Origin: Eledone cirrhosa | Lineage: Eukaryota | Direction: 5' to 3' | Length of the DNA: 64,000 bases | NCBI GenBank assembly: GCA_964016885.1 | Contig: OZ024747.1 | Span: forward strand, 7,998,001 to 8,062,000 | In this document: piece after piece, positions 43,097 to 57,196 of the stretch | How positions within the stretch are numbered: the stretch's first letter is position 1 | Layout of the letters: every line of letters starts with the position of its first letter | The notes under the pieces: generated by a model | The model's database searches: none | What the model was told of the DNA's origin: nothing | What the model saw: only the letters and a program-made list of their open reading frames with translations | Made by a program: the position numbers and the translations under genes

Positions 43097-43290
43097 TCAT
43101 CATCATCATCATCGTTTAACGTCCGTGTTCCACGCTTGCATGGCTTTGGACGGGGGTTTTCCCACTTGAGGCAAGAGTGATTGTCTTGCTCGCATAGGAC
43201 TGTCTGGCAGGTTTTCTACAGCTGGATGCCCTTCCTAACACCAACCACATTTACAGTGTGGGGCTGGGAGGTTTTTACCGTGTTACCTAC
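43097..43290 (-). mobile_element. RTE LINE 3' UTR fragment (same family as 50731-52344)
   Basis: Near-identical to the reverse complement of ~52145-52340. Confidence 0.85.
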
Positions 43291-43817
43291 ATATATATAT
43301 ATATATACCTATTTATATATATGCTATAACAATAACACTTTTGAAGATAGTATGTTCACACTAGTTTGATGATGATGACAATGATGATATTGATGATGAT
43401 AGATATATAAGTTAATATATATTTCTGAATGTTTGTTTGTGTCCATTTATTTCATCCCTCTCTCATTTTTACGTAACAATCTCCTGTTCCTCCCCTGCTG
43501 CCTTATTTTAAACTCACTCTCTATTATTTCCTCTTCCCATTACTCATTTCCTTTCATTTATCATTTACTCTCTCTCCCTATTACTATCTATTTCTCTTTT
43601 ATACCTTCCCTTCTTTCTCACTCTCTTCCTTTTCCTCAGACGCTCTGCTGTTATGCCATTGTCATGACAAAACACTCTCTCTTTCTACTGCTATGTATTT
43701 CTTTATCCCTTTTAATCTCCTCACTCAATACTTTGGAACATTTACTTTAGTCTACAGTTGTCATTTAAACACTTTATCATACATCAAAAATTATTTCATT
43801 AAAAGAGAGCAAAGCAG

Positions 43818-43991
<174 letters not shown>

Positions 43992-43998
43992 TTGATGG

Positions 43999-44140
43999 AG
44001 GCACATGGCTTAGTGGTTAGAGCATTGGCCTTGCAATCGAAAGGTTGTGAGTTCAATTCTCAGACCGGGTGATGTGTTGTTTCCTTGAGCAAGACACTTT
44101 ATTTCACATTGCTCCAGTTTACTCAGCTGTAGAAATGAGA
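43999..44140 (+). mobile_element. Family-C SINE 5' half, followed by an RTE-tail fragment (44155-44285)
   Basis: GGCACATGGCTTAGTGGTTAGAG, GAGTTCAATTC, CCTTGAGCAAGACACTT. Confidence 0.75.
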
Positions 44141-45448
44141 TGATAGGGACTGGGGTCCATATCATTCCACTGCAAAGTGGTCGTGGAGGTGCCACGGCAA
44201 AAAAGCACCCAGCACTCACTGTAAATGAGTTCACGTCCCACCCTTGCAAGCAGGGAAAAAGCGGACGTAAAATGAAATGAATGATACATATGTAAACAGG
44301 TATATTTGTGTAGTGGAGATATACACAGAATATCAAACATTCTCACCATCATGTACACCATACACATGCATATATATATATATATATATATACACATTAA
44401 ACAGTACACATGTCATATTATATTTAATTCGTGTAAGTTACTTTTCTGTATGCGTGGTAAAAGGTCTGGAGCACTACTCTATTGGGAACATTGTAGAATC
44501 AGAAGTTGTTGGGAGCTGATTGTCTGCTGTTCAAGGATGGTGAGGTGCAATGATATTTTAGTTCCATACACATCAACAAAGCAAATGAACAATAACAACA
44601 AGGATTTCTTCTCAAGCTCTTCTACAGATTCTATTTTAAAAACTAAGTCTTCAATGGACTTCCAGTATTAAACTCTTCTATTATGGACTGGTGAACTACA
44701 CTAAACAGGAGGGAGCTGTGGACTAAGCCGTGATGAATACCCACCTGTACATCACATACTTTCATTTTGATGATAGTACCTCATGGCCTGCACTACTCTC
44801 ATGAGCTACTCATCTACATCCAGTTTTCTTAATGACAACCAGATAACAGATCATGGTATTTTGTCAAAGGCTTTTTCCAGATTTACAAAAAACTTAATAT
44901 AGCAGTTTACACTTAGTTAGCAACTTCTCTTGTTGTCTCACTAAGAAAATACTTCCTGACACAAAACCAAACTGTGTTTCACCTAATTTGACTCTTTCCC
45001 TAATTAGTTGTTCTAACACTCTTCCTGTAGTTTACACACACACACATACACACAGACACATACACAGGTATTCAAAGGGGTTGACTAACATCAACAAGTG
45101 TTTTCTCTTTTGTCTAACTTTCTCCACTTTTTTTCCTTTCTTACTTTCATCTATCTTCTTATTTCTTCTACTCTCTCTGAAACATCCTCTTTTCTTTTGT
45201 TCTCTCTCGATATATCTTCCAATGAAGGACAAACATCCGAAACATTAAGACTCTTCCTACTATATCAGGTGTTAAACTAATATATATATATATATCATCA
45301 TTGTATTGTATTGTTTTGTGATTTTTCTTTTATATATATATATATCCCGTCTAACCCATGCTAGCGTGGCAGAACGGACGTAAAAAGGTGATGATGATAT
45401 ATATATATATATTGTTATACTTTGGGAAGGACATGCTTCAAAAACGAA

Positions 45449-45506
<58 letters not shown>

Positions 45507-46182
45507 ATATATATATATATGTATATATATATATGTATATATATAAATGATGATGATGTATATTGCAGCAGGCATATGGTTGTTCTTTAAGATTATGCAT
45601 GCTGCTTACTAAGCCATACACCACCACCACCACCACCACCACCAACACCACCACCACCACCACTACTACCATCACCCTTTCAATGGGGTAGGGGGTATGG
45701 TAAAATGTGACAGCAGTAAAGTAAGCAATAAAAATATGATGTATAAATACATGGTAAGTTGAGGTGACAAGTAATCATTACCCCTCTTTTCTCTCCTTCT
45801 ATCTCTTTACCCTCTCCGTGTTTCCAATTTCCTTCTCTTTCCTTGCCCCCCCCCATATCCCCCACCCCCACTGTAACATATCTGCAGCTGACATGCAGAA
45901 TGTAAGTGTTGTTGTCCATACAGTCAACGCTAAAGAACTCTTCTAGAAATAATTACTATTTATAGAAACTGGCCAATCACATCACATTTTATACAATATA
46001 TTCAACTGACCAATGTATGGGCTCTATGTTGTGTTGTGTGTTGTCTTCTATGTTGTATGTTGTGTGTTGTGTTGTGTGTCGTATGTTGTGTGTATCTGAA
46101 GTAGAGATCAATAATGTTGGCACCAAATATCCCAGACTCTCTAAGCAGAAATTTCACCAATGTTATCATGTTTTTTGTACAA

Positions 46183-47105
46183 CACCACCACCAGAGACCA
46201 CAGCAGCACTCCCACCACCACCACCCCACCACCACCGGAGACCACAGCAGCACTCCCACCACCACCACCCCACCACCGGAGACCACAGCAGCACTCCCAC
46301 CACCACCACCCCACCACCAGAGACCACAGCAGCACGCCCACCACCACCACCCCACCACCACCACCCCACCACCAGAGACCACAGCAGCACTCCCACCACC
46401 ACCACCGGAGACCACAGCAGCACTCCCACCACCACCACCACCACCACCACCACCACCACTCCCACCACCACCACCACCACCACCAGAGACCACAGAGCAC
46501 TCCCACCACCACCACCACCACCACCACTCCCACCACCACCACCACCACCGGACACCACAGCAGCACTCCCACCACCACCCCACCACCGGAGACCACAGCA
46601 GCACTCCCACCACCACCACCCCACCACCAGAGACCACAGCAGCACTCCCACCACCACCCCACCACCGGAGACCACAGCAGCACTCCCACCACCACCACCC
46701 CACCACCAGAGACCACAGCAGCACTCCCACCACCACCACCCCACCACCAGAGACCACAGAGCACTCCCACCACCACCCCACCAGAGACCACAGCAGCACT
46801 CCCACCACCACCACCACCACCGGAGACCACAGCAGCACTCCCACCACCACCACCACCACCACCACCACCACCACCACCACTCCCACCACCACCACCACCA
46901 CCACTCCCACCAGAGACCACAGAGCACTCCCACCACCACCACCACCACCACCACCACTCCCACCACCACCACCACCACCGGACACCACAGCAGCACTCCC
47001 ACCACCACCCCACCACCGGAGACCACAGCAGCACTCCCACCACCACCACCACCAGAGACCACAGAAGCACTTCCACCACCACCACCACCACCACCACTGG
47101 AGACC
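46183..47105. repeat. C-rich minisatellite CCACCA(C/G)GAGACCACAGCAGCACTC(CCA)n
   Basis: Direct reading; all six frames are open because of composition. Confidence 0.92.
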
Positions 47106-47432
47106 ACTGAATCCCCCCCCCCAGCACCTGCTTGTATTGACTTTTTGTTTGAACCCCTGTTTTTTCTCTTCTCTCCGAGATTTAGTTTTGTGTTGAAAGA
47201 AAATAGATCGCCATCAGACGAGCGATATTATTAAAACTGGCAGAAAATGTCTGAAATGTTTTCACTGTGATTGAGTTACATGACCAGACAGACACACATA
47301 TATACATACTCACACACATATATATATACACACACACACACATACCCATACAAACATACATATACACCACATACATACACACACACACTTACATATGTAT
47401 ACACACATACACCCACCCACACACACACACTC

Positions 47433-47466
<34 letters not shown>

Positions 47467-47490
47467 ACCCACCCACACACACACTCACAC

Positions 47491-47526
<36 letters not shown>

Positions 47527-48289
47527 TCACATATATATATATACACACATACACACACACACACACTCACATATATATATATACACATACACACACACAC
47601 ATATATATATATATATACACATACACACACACACACATATATATATATATACACACATACACCCACCCACACACACACTCACACATATATATATATATAT
47701 ATATACACATACTCACATATATATACACACACACATACACTCACATATATATATACACCTACACACACACTCACATATATATACATACATACACCCACAC
47801 ACACACTCAGACATATATATACACACACCCACACACACACTCACATATATATACAGACATACACCCACACACAAACACACTTACATACAGACACACTAAC
47901 ACACATATAGGTATGGGCCTGCAACTCCTGGTGGAGTGATAGGGACCCTGTAATGACATACAGTGTTTCTTGAGCCTTTTAAATCTGGCAGAGCCCATCC
48001 CAGGTCTGAACATAGCTGACTTCTTCCAAAGAAGGAGAAAGAGAGAAAGAAAGAACAAGAGAGTGAGAGATATGAGGGAACGACAGAAAGAAAGAGAGAT
48101 ATAGAGGAAGAGTTGATCCCAATACTGCACTGAACCTATTTTTTTATGAACCTTGAAACGATGAAAGGAAAAGTTGATCTTGGTGAGATTTGAACTCAGA
48201 TCATAGAGAACTGGAACAAATACTGCAAAACATTCTATCCAACCTTCTAACAAGCCTGCCAATTTGCCCATATATATATATATATATAT

Positions 48290-48484
48290 ATAGGAACCAG
48301 TAAGACCCCGACAGCTGAGCTCAAGCCGTTTCAACGGCTAATTCTGGACTAAAATTAGCCGTCGAAACGGCTTGAGCTCAGCTGTCGGGGTCTTACTGGT
48401 TCCTATTACCCACTCTACTACCTCAAGTATTGAGTACTTTGGTGCGTTATGGTCCACCTGGTTCATTACCACATTTCCTTCGTT
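48290..48484 (+). mobile_element. H2 hairpin-plus-tail element
   Basis: Inverted arms 48290-48343 and 48352-48405, tail to CCTTCGTT then (AT)n. Confidence 0.8.
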
Positions 48485-48747
48485 ATATATATATATATAT
48501 ATATATATATGGGCAAATTATATATATATATATATATATATATGAAAAGATGGCTTTTGCAGACCCATCGAAACCGGTCATTTTTTATACCCTTTATTCT
48601 TTCCTTACCTTATAAAATTATATGTTTTTTCACAAAAAAGTACTCTGTCTCTTATATATTCCATGTGCCATTACCAACCTCAATTTTCTCTCTCTCTCTC
48701 TCTATATATATATATAAATATATATGTATATATATATATATATATAA

Positions 48748-48790
<43 letters not shown>

Positions 48791-48795
<5 letters not shown>

Positions 48796-49340
48796 AAGGA
48801 AATGTGGTAAGGAACCAGATGGACCATAACGCACCAAAGTACTCAATACTTAGGGTAGTAGAGAGGGTAATAGGAACAAGTATGACACCGATGGCAGAGC
48901 TCAAGCCGTTTCGACGGCTAATTCTGGACTAAATAAGAATTTTTAGCCTGGTAAATAAATAGCCGAACTTCTCAGGGGGTAATTCCTTATATGGGAAGAT
49001 AGTAATTGTCAAAAGGATTGGTCAAAAATTTGTTGTAAAGACAGATGATTCTATCATGGCATTTGGTGGGAGGTAGGGGTAGCTGAACTTGCCGGTAGAA
49101 CAAAGAGGGAGTGGGGGAAACCCAGTCAAGCTTTGAAAAGTGAAATCTATACAGCAGATTCTAAGGATAGTGTATAGAAGGTCGAAAAAAGTGTACTGGA
49201 GAAGGGTAGGGGGGGGGGGGGGAGTTGAAAGAATAGGTAAATCGAAAGGGAGTAAAAAAAAAACATTATAAAAATAAGGAAATAAATATATAAAAAACAA
49301 TTTCTGGTTACTACTCCATTTCCACAATCACCAAATCTCT
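48791..49340 (-). mobile_element. Longer non-inverted H2 copy (putative Penelope-like pLTR) containing the complete hammerhead
   Basis: Shares the H2 tail; bounded by (AT)n on both sides. Confidence 0.65.
48885..48980 (-). ncRNA. H2 hammerhead ribozyme, slightly mutated
   Basis: Minus: ACCCC-CTGAGAA-GTTCGGCTATTT...AATTAGCCGTC-GAAA-CGGC-TTGAGCTCT-GCCA-TC-GGTGT; sister copies give GCCG-TC-GGGGT, restoring stems I and III and a GUC site. Confidence 0.65.
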
Positions 49341-49408
49341 CATATATATACATATATATATATGGAATTGAACCATCAGCACAGTTGAGGAATGTCAGAC
49401 ATCAATTT

Positions 49409-49472
49409 ATTTTATCTGATGAGGACGTACTGATGAAACAGCTCAGTACCTCTGAAATATGTATAATAAAAT
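49409..49472 (+). ncRNA. Intact type I hammerhead ribozyme (H4-related)
   Basis: ATTTTAT-CTGATGA-GGACGTACTGA...TCAGTACCTCT-GAAA-TATGTA-TA-ATAAAAT. Confidence 0.8.
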
Positions 49473-49517
49473 ATATTTGATCACATGAATGTCTATATTT
49501 ATTAATATTTTGAAATA

Positions 49518-49540
<23 letters not shown>

Positions 49541-49549
<9 letters not shown>

Positions 49550-49681
49550 AGATCAAAAGATGGTTAAAAGAGTTCCATCTTTTGATCTTATATATTATTT
49601 ATACTCCAGTCCTACAAACTGTAGAGTGCTACTTATCCGATATCTGCATTGCTTTATTGTACTACAATATAACTCACCTCC

Positions 49682-49684
<3 letters not shown>
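49541..49684 (+). mobile_element. Hairpin-plus-tail insertion in (AT)n
   Basis: TAATATATAAGATCAAAAGATGG / CCATCTTTTGATCTTATATATTA with an 11-nt spacer. Confidence 0.6.
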
Positions 49685-49737
<53 letters not shown>

Positions 49738-49739
<2 letters not shown>

Positions 49740-50028
49740 TGTTGGTACCACAACATCCAGTCCGAAACAAATGAGGTCGTGTAGGTGTCACGACAAAAAA
49801 AAAACACACAGTCCACGCTGTAATGTGGCCATATAGGTAACACGGTAAAAACCGCCCAGTCCACACTGTAAACGTGGTTGGTGTTAGGAAGGGCATCCAG
49901 CCGTAGAAAAGCTGCCAGACAGTCCTATACGAGCAAGACAACCAATCTTGCCTCAAGTGGACAATTCCCGTCCAGACCCATGCTAGCATGGAAAATGGAC
50001 GTTAAACGATGATGATGCTGATGATGAT
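49738..50028 (+). mobile_element. RTE LINE 3' UTR fragment in (AT)n
   Basis: Homologous to 51940-52340; (GAT)n tail. Confidence 0.85.
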
Positions 50029-50176
50029 ATATATATATATAACTAGAGAGAGAGAGAGAGAGTGATGATATACACACACATATACATAGGTATATGTGTG
50101 AGTGTGATGCCCGCCTTAACCAGTTTTGCTCAATGACCAAATAAAAGTTATATATATATATTCATTTTAATTCTTT

Positions 50177-50214
<38 letters not shown>

Positions 50215-50255
50215 ATGTATATATACATATATATATGTGTATGTATATATACATA

Positions 50256-50640
<385 letters not shown>

Positions 50641-50655
50641 ATATATATATATATA

Positions 50656-50730
<75 letters not shown>

Positions 50731-50734
<4 letters not shown>

Positions 50735-52340
50735 TAAGGTTAGAATTAACAACGAATATAGTGAAGAGTTTAGCGTAAAAGTTGGTGTCCATCAGGGCTC
50801 TGTTCTTAGCCCCCTACTATTTATTATTGCCCTTCAGGCTATAACAGAGGAGTTCAAGACCGGCTGCCCATGGGAACTCCTATACGCAGATGATCTAACG
50901 CTTATAGCTGAATCAATGACCGAACTAGAGAAGAAATTCCAAACATGGAAGCACGGCCTAGAATCAAAAGGCCTTAAAATTAACCTGGCTAAGACTAAAG
51001 TTCTAGTTTGTAGGAAAGAAAATAAGGCGGCAGTCCCATCTGGGAAATGGCCATGCTCAGTGTGTAGGAAAGGCGTAGGTAGAAACTCCATTTTATGTCC
51101 CAAATGCAAAGTATGGGTGCATAAAAGATGTAGTGGGATCACAGGTAAGCTAACTAAGAACATAGATTTTACATTTGGCCGGTGCTCTGGTGCAATAAGT
51201 AGCAGCAAGTGCCCACAAAATACTAGCTCCTTCAATTGCGCAGAGGGTTCTATAGAAATAGTGGACAGCTTCCGTTACCTGGGTGACAAAATCAGCAGTG
51301 GGGGAGGGTGCTCTGAAAGTACAGTAGCTAGAGTCAGAACTGGATGGAAAAAGTTCAGAGAGCTTATACCACTATTAGCTGCTAGAGGGTTCTCCCTAAA
51401 AATGAAAGGCAGGTTATACGATGCCTGCATACGAACAGCAATGCTGCATGGCAGTGAGACCTGGGCATTGTGTGCAGAGGATATACGCAGACTAGAGAGG
51501 AACGAAGCTTGCATGCTCCGCTGGATGTGCAATAGTAATATACGTGAACGGCAAAGCATAAACGAACTAAGGAAAAAATTAGAAATAAGAGGGATCAGAT
51601 GTTGTTTACTCGAGAGAAGGCTACGTTGGTACGGTCACGTGATGCGCATGAAAGACGACAGCTGTATAACAAAGTGCAGAGCAATAAAGATAGACGGTAG
51701 CCACGGAGTAGGCAGACCCAGAAAAACATGGGGCGAGCTGATAAATTCCGACCTCACACGCTTACACCTCTCCAAGACAATGTCACTGGACCGAGACCTT
51801 TGGCGGTATTCAGTAATAGAGAAGACCCGCCTTACCTAAATACAAAGTAAAAACCTACTACAGTCAGTAGGCATCTCTATCAACCGCCCCCCGTCCCACC
51901 ACCTCCACCCCATCCACACCGCCCCTTTCAATGTAAAGTTATGTTGGTCCCACAACATCCAGGCCGAAACAAATGAGATCGTGTAGGTGTCACGACAAAA
52001 AAACACACAGTCCACGCTGTAAATGTGGCCGTGTAGGCAACACGGTAAAGACCTTCCAGCCCCACACTGTAAATGTGGTTGGTGTTAGGAAGGGCATCGA
52101 GCTGTAGAAAACCCGCCAGACAGTCCACGCTGTAATGTGACCGTGTAGGCAACACAGTAAAAACCTCCCAGCCCCACACTGTAAATGTGGTTGGTGTTAG
52201 GAAGGGCATCCAACTGTAGAAAACCCGCCAGACAGTCCAATGCGAGCAAGACAACCACTCTTGCCTCAAGTGGGAAAACCCCCGTCCAAACCCATGCAAG
52301 CGTGGAACACGGACGCTAAACCTGATGATGATGATGATGA

Positions 52341-52344
<4 letters not shown>
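50731..52344 (+). mobile_element. 5'-truncated RTE-clade LINE with 3' UTR and (GAT)n tail, inserted in (AT)n
   Basis: RT ORF followed by an internally repetitive UTR and microsatellite tail. Confidence 0.92.
50733..51839 (+). CDS. RTE reverse transcriptase C-terminal part (partial, no start codon)
   Basis: [42 protein letters not shown] motifs; no internal stop. The N-terminal YI repeat in the ORF track is an (AT)n artefact. Confidence 0.93.
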
Positions 52345-52369
<25 letters not shown>

Positions 52370-52382
<13 letters not shown>

Positions 52383-52578
52383 AAGAAAAAGAATGACTTC
52401 ACTTTAATTTAATTTTATAATATTATAATTTTACAATTTGGTTTTGTAGATCTACAAAACCAAATTGTAAAATTATAATATAGAATTAAATTAAATTGTT
52501 TCGAACTACAAGTGAAGTCATTCTTTTTCTTTTTTTAAATATACCTAACTCTACCAAGGATTTCACACATTTTCCAAT
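52370..52578 (+). mobile_element. Hairpin-plus-tail insertion in (AT)n
   Basis: Spacerless palindrome centred on GTAGATCTAC (~52450), arms about 80 bp. Confidence 0.6.
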
Positions 52579-52774
52579 ATATATGTATGTATATTTATAC
52601 AAAAATATTCATTTTATTAATGCTAAATAGTGAGTTTTGTTACTCTGGAGTTTCATATGTTTATCTCAGGGTCATCATGACCCTGTGATAAACAGGTGAA
52701 ACTCCAGAAAACACGACTCACTATTTAGCCATAATAAAATGAATATCTAAAATATTTATCTGTTGTGAGATTCA

Positions 52775-52945
52775 ACTTCCTGAGGAGGTTCAGTGAATTG
52801 TGATTAGCTTTCACCACTTCTTCACAAGTTTTCCTCAGTTTTCTTCTTCTGTTGCTTCCTTCTACTGAGATTGCTCTATACTTCTTCACCCAATGATCAT
52901 CATCCATATGCATTACCTGTCCATACCATCACTCATTTCTTTCCT
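52775..52945 (-). mobile_element. Old RTE ORF C-terminal relic
   Basis: MHMDDDHWVKKYRAISVEGSNRRRKLRKTCEEVV. Confidence 0.7.
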
Positions 52946-53076
52946 GCATCCAGCAGAACTCTCACCACAGATCTGTGTTTATCAAGCTGAGTATATACAG
53001 TAACCAAGTTTTAAACACGATAAAAGTTCTCCCCAAGTATACAAAACAAAGGTATAAATATTTACAAACTTCTTAC

Positions 53077-53164
53077 CTGCAATTGGAATGTCTCACAATT
53101 CAATTTTGATTCATTTATCTCATCAGCAACATGATTTCAGTTTAGTATTTACCATATTTTGAGG
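53077..53164 (-). other. Candidate non-coding (UTR or lncRNA) exon
   Basis: Minus strand gttttgtgtgttttAG acceptor and CAG|GTAAG donor 88 nt apart; stops in all three frames. Confidence 0.35.
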
Positions 53165-53259
53165 CTAAAACACACAAAACAACTGAAAATTAAATATAAA
53201 ACCAAAACAGCAGTTTAGTTACAAACACATGCACATATATGTACATATATGGGCATGTG

Positions 53260-53725
53260 AAGGCGTATGGCTTAGTGGTTAGAGCACTTACAATTGAAAG
53301 GTTGTGAGTTCGATTCTCGGACTGGGTGAAGCATTGTGCCCTTGAGCAAGATACTTTATTTCATGTTGCTCCAGTTTACTCAGCTGTAGAAATGAGTTGT
53401 GACATCACTGGTATATCGGCTGTATCGGTCATTATCTTTCCCTTGGACAACATCACATATAGTGTATATATATATACAGCATATAGTGTATACATGATGT
53501 ATATATAGTGTATATATGTTGCGATGTCACTGGTGCCAAGCTGTATCGGTCATTGCCTTTCCCTTGGATAACATCGGTGGCATGGAGAGGGGAAACTAAT
53601 ATACATTGGCGACTGCTGGTCTTCCACAAACAACCTTGCCCGGACTTGGGTCTCGGAGGGGAAACTTTCTAGGTGCAAATCCCATGGTCATTCGTGACTG
53701 AAGTAGGCCATTCCCCTTTACCCTA
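53260..53725 (+). mobile_element. Family-C SINE with an internal ~65-bp duplication
   Basis: tRNA head; GTTGYGAYRTCACTGGT...CCCTTGGAYAACATC occurs at ~53396 and ~53518. Confidence 0.8.
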
Positions 53726-54084
53726 TGGGCACATGTGTGTATATATGTAAGTGTGCATGTGCATGTGTATATATGCACATGCAGTATACATTATGTACTT
53801 AAATGAACCAGAACAAAATAAAAGTATGTAGCATTCTTCAAAATCAAAGGAAGTAGATGTAATTTTCAGTAACAAAATGGCGTCTTTGAAACAAAAAAGC
53901 TCAGTGTGTTTTGTGGTTTCAAAGACTTTATGCTCATCCTGTACAGTGTGTTTCATATATCTCAGTACCTTAACCCTTAACATCCTGTAATGATTTAGCA
54001 GAATATATACCAAAATGTGGTTTGTTAATTCAAATGTTTATAGTATCTTTACTAGTGGACAGTTAATTGTGAAAATATGCAGTA

Positions 54085-54313
54085 TTAACCCTTTAGCATT
54101 TACATTACTCTATTTACACTATTATATTTTCACGGTAAAGGCTTTATCTCGCATAATTATCTCACATAATATCGAATCTATGAGATTTTGATGTTATTTA
54201 TTTTGAGAACAATACCTTAACATCAGTATGAGTTGCCAGTTACAGCTGGTTTGAACAGATTGAGATGAGAGAATTCTGGCCAGATACGACCGGTTTAAAT
54301 GCTAAAGGTTTAA
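54085..54313 (+). mobile_element. piggyBac-like MITE, complete
   Basis: TTAACCCTTTAGCATTTAC ... TAAATGCTAAAGGTTTAA. Confidence 0.85.
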
Positions 54314-56121
54314 AGACTTAAATTTTTAATGTGATGCGGTCATAGTGTTGTTTTGTATTTTTCTAGAATGTCTTTTTAATGCTGTTTCATGTGGTACAGG
54401 TTATTAAGAGTTAAATATGGTAGGTTCTTCTTAACTATATGTTTATTGTGCAAAAGTAATCCCTGAGAAATATTTTCAAGTCAAAACATGGAAATAGTTT
54501 TGTGGCCTTGTCTGAAATTAGATCCTGTCAATGGTGACTTGAAGTGTTTCTATATAAACTGCCTGTATGATGTCGGGGTGGGAGTGGGGAGGGACCAAAT
54601 TATTGATTTTTATAGACATCTATAACTTCCTTTCATGGTCCCTCCGGTTACTATCAAACCTACAATCACCTTGTGTCAAAGAAAACTGGTAGAATTATCC
54701 ACTTGAATGGATATTCCTAGCTTCAGTTAACATCCATGAAAATAAGACATTAAGTATTCTCCAACTATCTTTAAAATATTTCATTTGATGACAGATTATC
54801 CCTTACAAAATAAATGGAATGTTTTCCTTCCTCCCTATATTATTAGTGCCCCTAAATTATTGTCATTTGTTAACTTCTTTCATTACTATATTTCTAATGA
54901 AAGATACTGCCTATGTTGATAATAACCAAGAATTTGGTAGGATATAGTATCATAACTAACATTCTCATTAAGATTGTGTTTGGAATATTACTTAACAATG
55001 GTTCTTGTATAAAAATTATAATTGAAACATTTTTGTTTTAGATTAATATAAACACTTTAATCCTTTCATTACCAATTTCTAATAAAAGACATTTACTATA
55101 ATTTTCAATTAATTCTGAAAATAATCAAGAATTTGTGAGGGATTTAGCGATATGATGGGTTTTCTCATTAAGCTGGTGTTTGGAACATAACTTAACAGAG
55201 ATTCTTATATTAAATTATGATAGAAGGTTTTTAGATAAATATAAACACTGTTTAACGTCCATTTTTCTATTCTAGCATGGGTTAGACGAGTTGTCCTGTT
55301 GCGAGACAAGCCAGATCAAATGACCATGTCTTTCTCATACAGAAATGTTTCTTGCTTGGTTTCTATGGCTGGAGGCTCTTCCTTTACAGTGTGGACTGGG
55401 TGCTTTTTGTTATGTCACCTACATGATCACTTTACAGTGTGCTTGGTGCTTTTTGAAATGTCTCCAACATGACCATTTTACAGTGTGGACAGGGCGCTTT
55501 TTGTCATGTCCCCAACATGTTCACTTTACAGTGTGTACTAGGCACTTTTTGTCAAGACACCTACACAATAACTTTAAAGTGTGGACTGGGCACATTAATA
55601 AAAACTTTAAAACGAATAGGTTAGTATCACAGAACTAGGGGTAGTTTCATGCAGTTTGGTATGAAAACAGTTTAAAGAAAACTGCCAGAATCATCTACTT
55701 CAATGGATATTCCCAGCTTCAGTCAACATCCATACAAATAGGCCATTAGATATTCTCAAAATATCTTCTAAATATTTCATTTGATAAAAGATTATCCCTT
55801 ATGAAATAAAGGGAAGACCCCCCCCCCCCACTCTCCTATCTCTCTCCCCGCTCTCTGTATGTTAATACTGCTCCTAAATTGCTGCCATTTATTTGTTAAT
55901 GCTTTTCTTATCTCCACTACATTAGCCCTAGAAAGATGGCTGAATGCCTACTGCTGTTGCTGTTGTTGCTGTTGTTCTGGGTGTTGCTGGTGTTGTTGTT
56001 GTTGTTGCTGCTGCTGGTGTTGTTGGTGTTGTTGTTGCTGCTGTTGCTTTCCTAGTTTTAATGACAATAAAACTGGTGTCAACACATTTCAGCATAAAAC
56101 AACAACAGCAACAATAACAAG

Positions 56122-56188
<67 letters not shown>

Positions 56189-56327
56189 AAACAAGAGTAA
56201 CCTTAGCAAGAAATAAACATAAAAAAGAAGTAATAGGAAAATAGAGAGAGTAAAAGTAAAAAAAGGAGAGTGACAAATAGAAAGACTAGAACAAAGAGAG
56301 AGAGATAGATAGATAGATAGATAGATA

Positions 56328-56371
<44 letters not shown>

Positions 56372-56499
56372 TATGCATATATATATCTATATACATACAT
56401 ATGCATATATCTATCTATATATATATATATATGTATATATATACCTGTCTAACCCATGCTAGCGTGGAAAATGGACGTTAAACGAAAATGATGATGATG

Positions 56500-56561
<62 letters not shown>

Positions 56562-56684
56562 GTATATATATATGTATATATGTATATATATATATATATG
56601 TATATATATGTATATATATATGTATATATGTATATATATATGTATATATGTATATATATATATATATGTATATATATGTATATA

Positions 56685-56731
<47 letters not shown>

Positions 56732-56770
56732 ATATATATATATATGTATATATATGTATATATATATGTA

Positions 56771-56820
<50 letters not shown>

Positions 56821-56822
<2 letters not shown>

Positions 56823-57007
56823 TTTATCCCGGGTTCAATCAGGGGTAATCACAGTAAGGTACTCAATACGTAGCAGAGTAAAAATATTTTATATAGAAAT
56901 GGCTTCTACAGGAATAAAACTGTTTCATTCGGGAGAAATCATTAGGAAGTTTCCTGATGATTTCTTCTGAATGAAACAGTTCTAGTCCTGTAGAAGCCAT
57001 TTCTATA
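56821..57007 (-). mobile_element. Hairpin-plus-tail insertion in (AT)n with a partial CTGATGA...GAAA motif
   Basis: Arms ~56891-56948 and ~56951-57008 (TATAGAAATGGCTTCTACAGGA / TCCTGTAGAAGCCATTTCTATA). Confidence 0.6.
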
Positions 57008-57196
57008 TTATATATATCATCATCATCATCATCATCATCTTCGTTTAATGTCCATTTTCCACGCTAGCATGGGTTAGACGGGAGTTGTCCCCCTTGAGGC
57101 AAGGCTGGTCGGGTGACCGTGTCTCGCTCATATAGGACTATATATATATATATATATATATATAATTGGATTTGGAAACTCTGCTTCGTAGAATCG

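Noticed and set aside
46002-47234. Pro/His-rich extensin- or mucin-like proteins
   Set aside because: All six frames are open over a CCA-based minisatellite; no unique domain or splice support
49022-49327. Penelope GIY-YIG endonuclease coding remnant upstream of the H2 ribozyme
   Set aside because: Only a weak MIESS resemblance; no PLE RT or GIY-YIG ORF is recognisable anywhere in the window, so the PLE assignment rests on non-coding hallmarks
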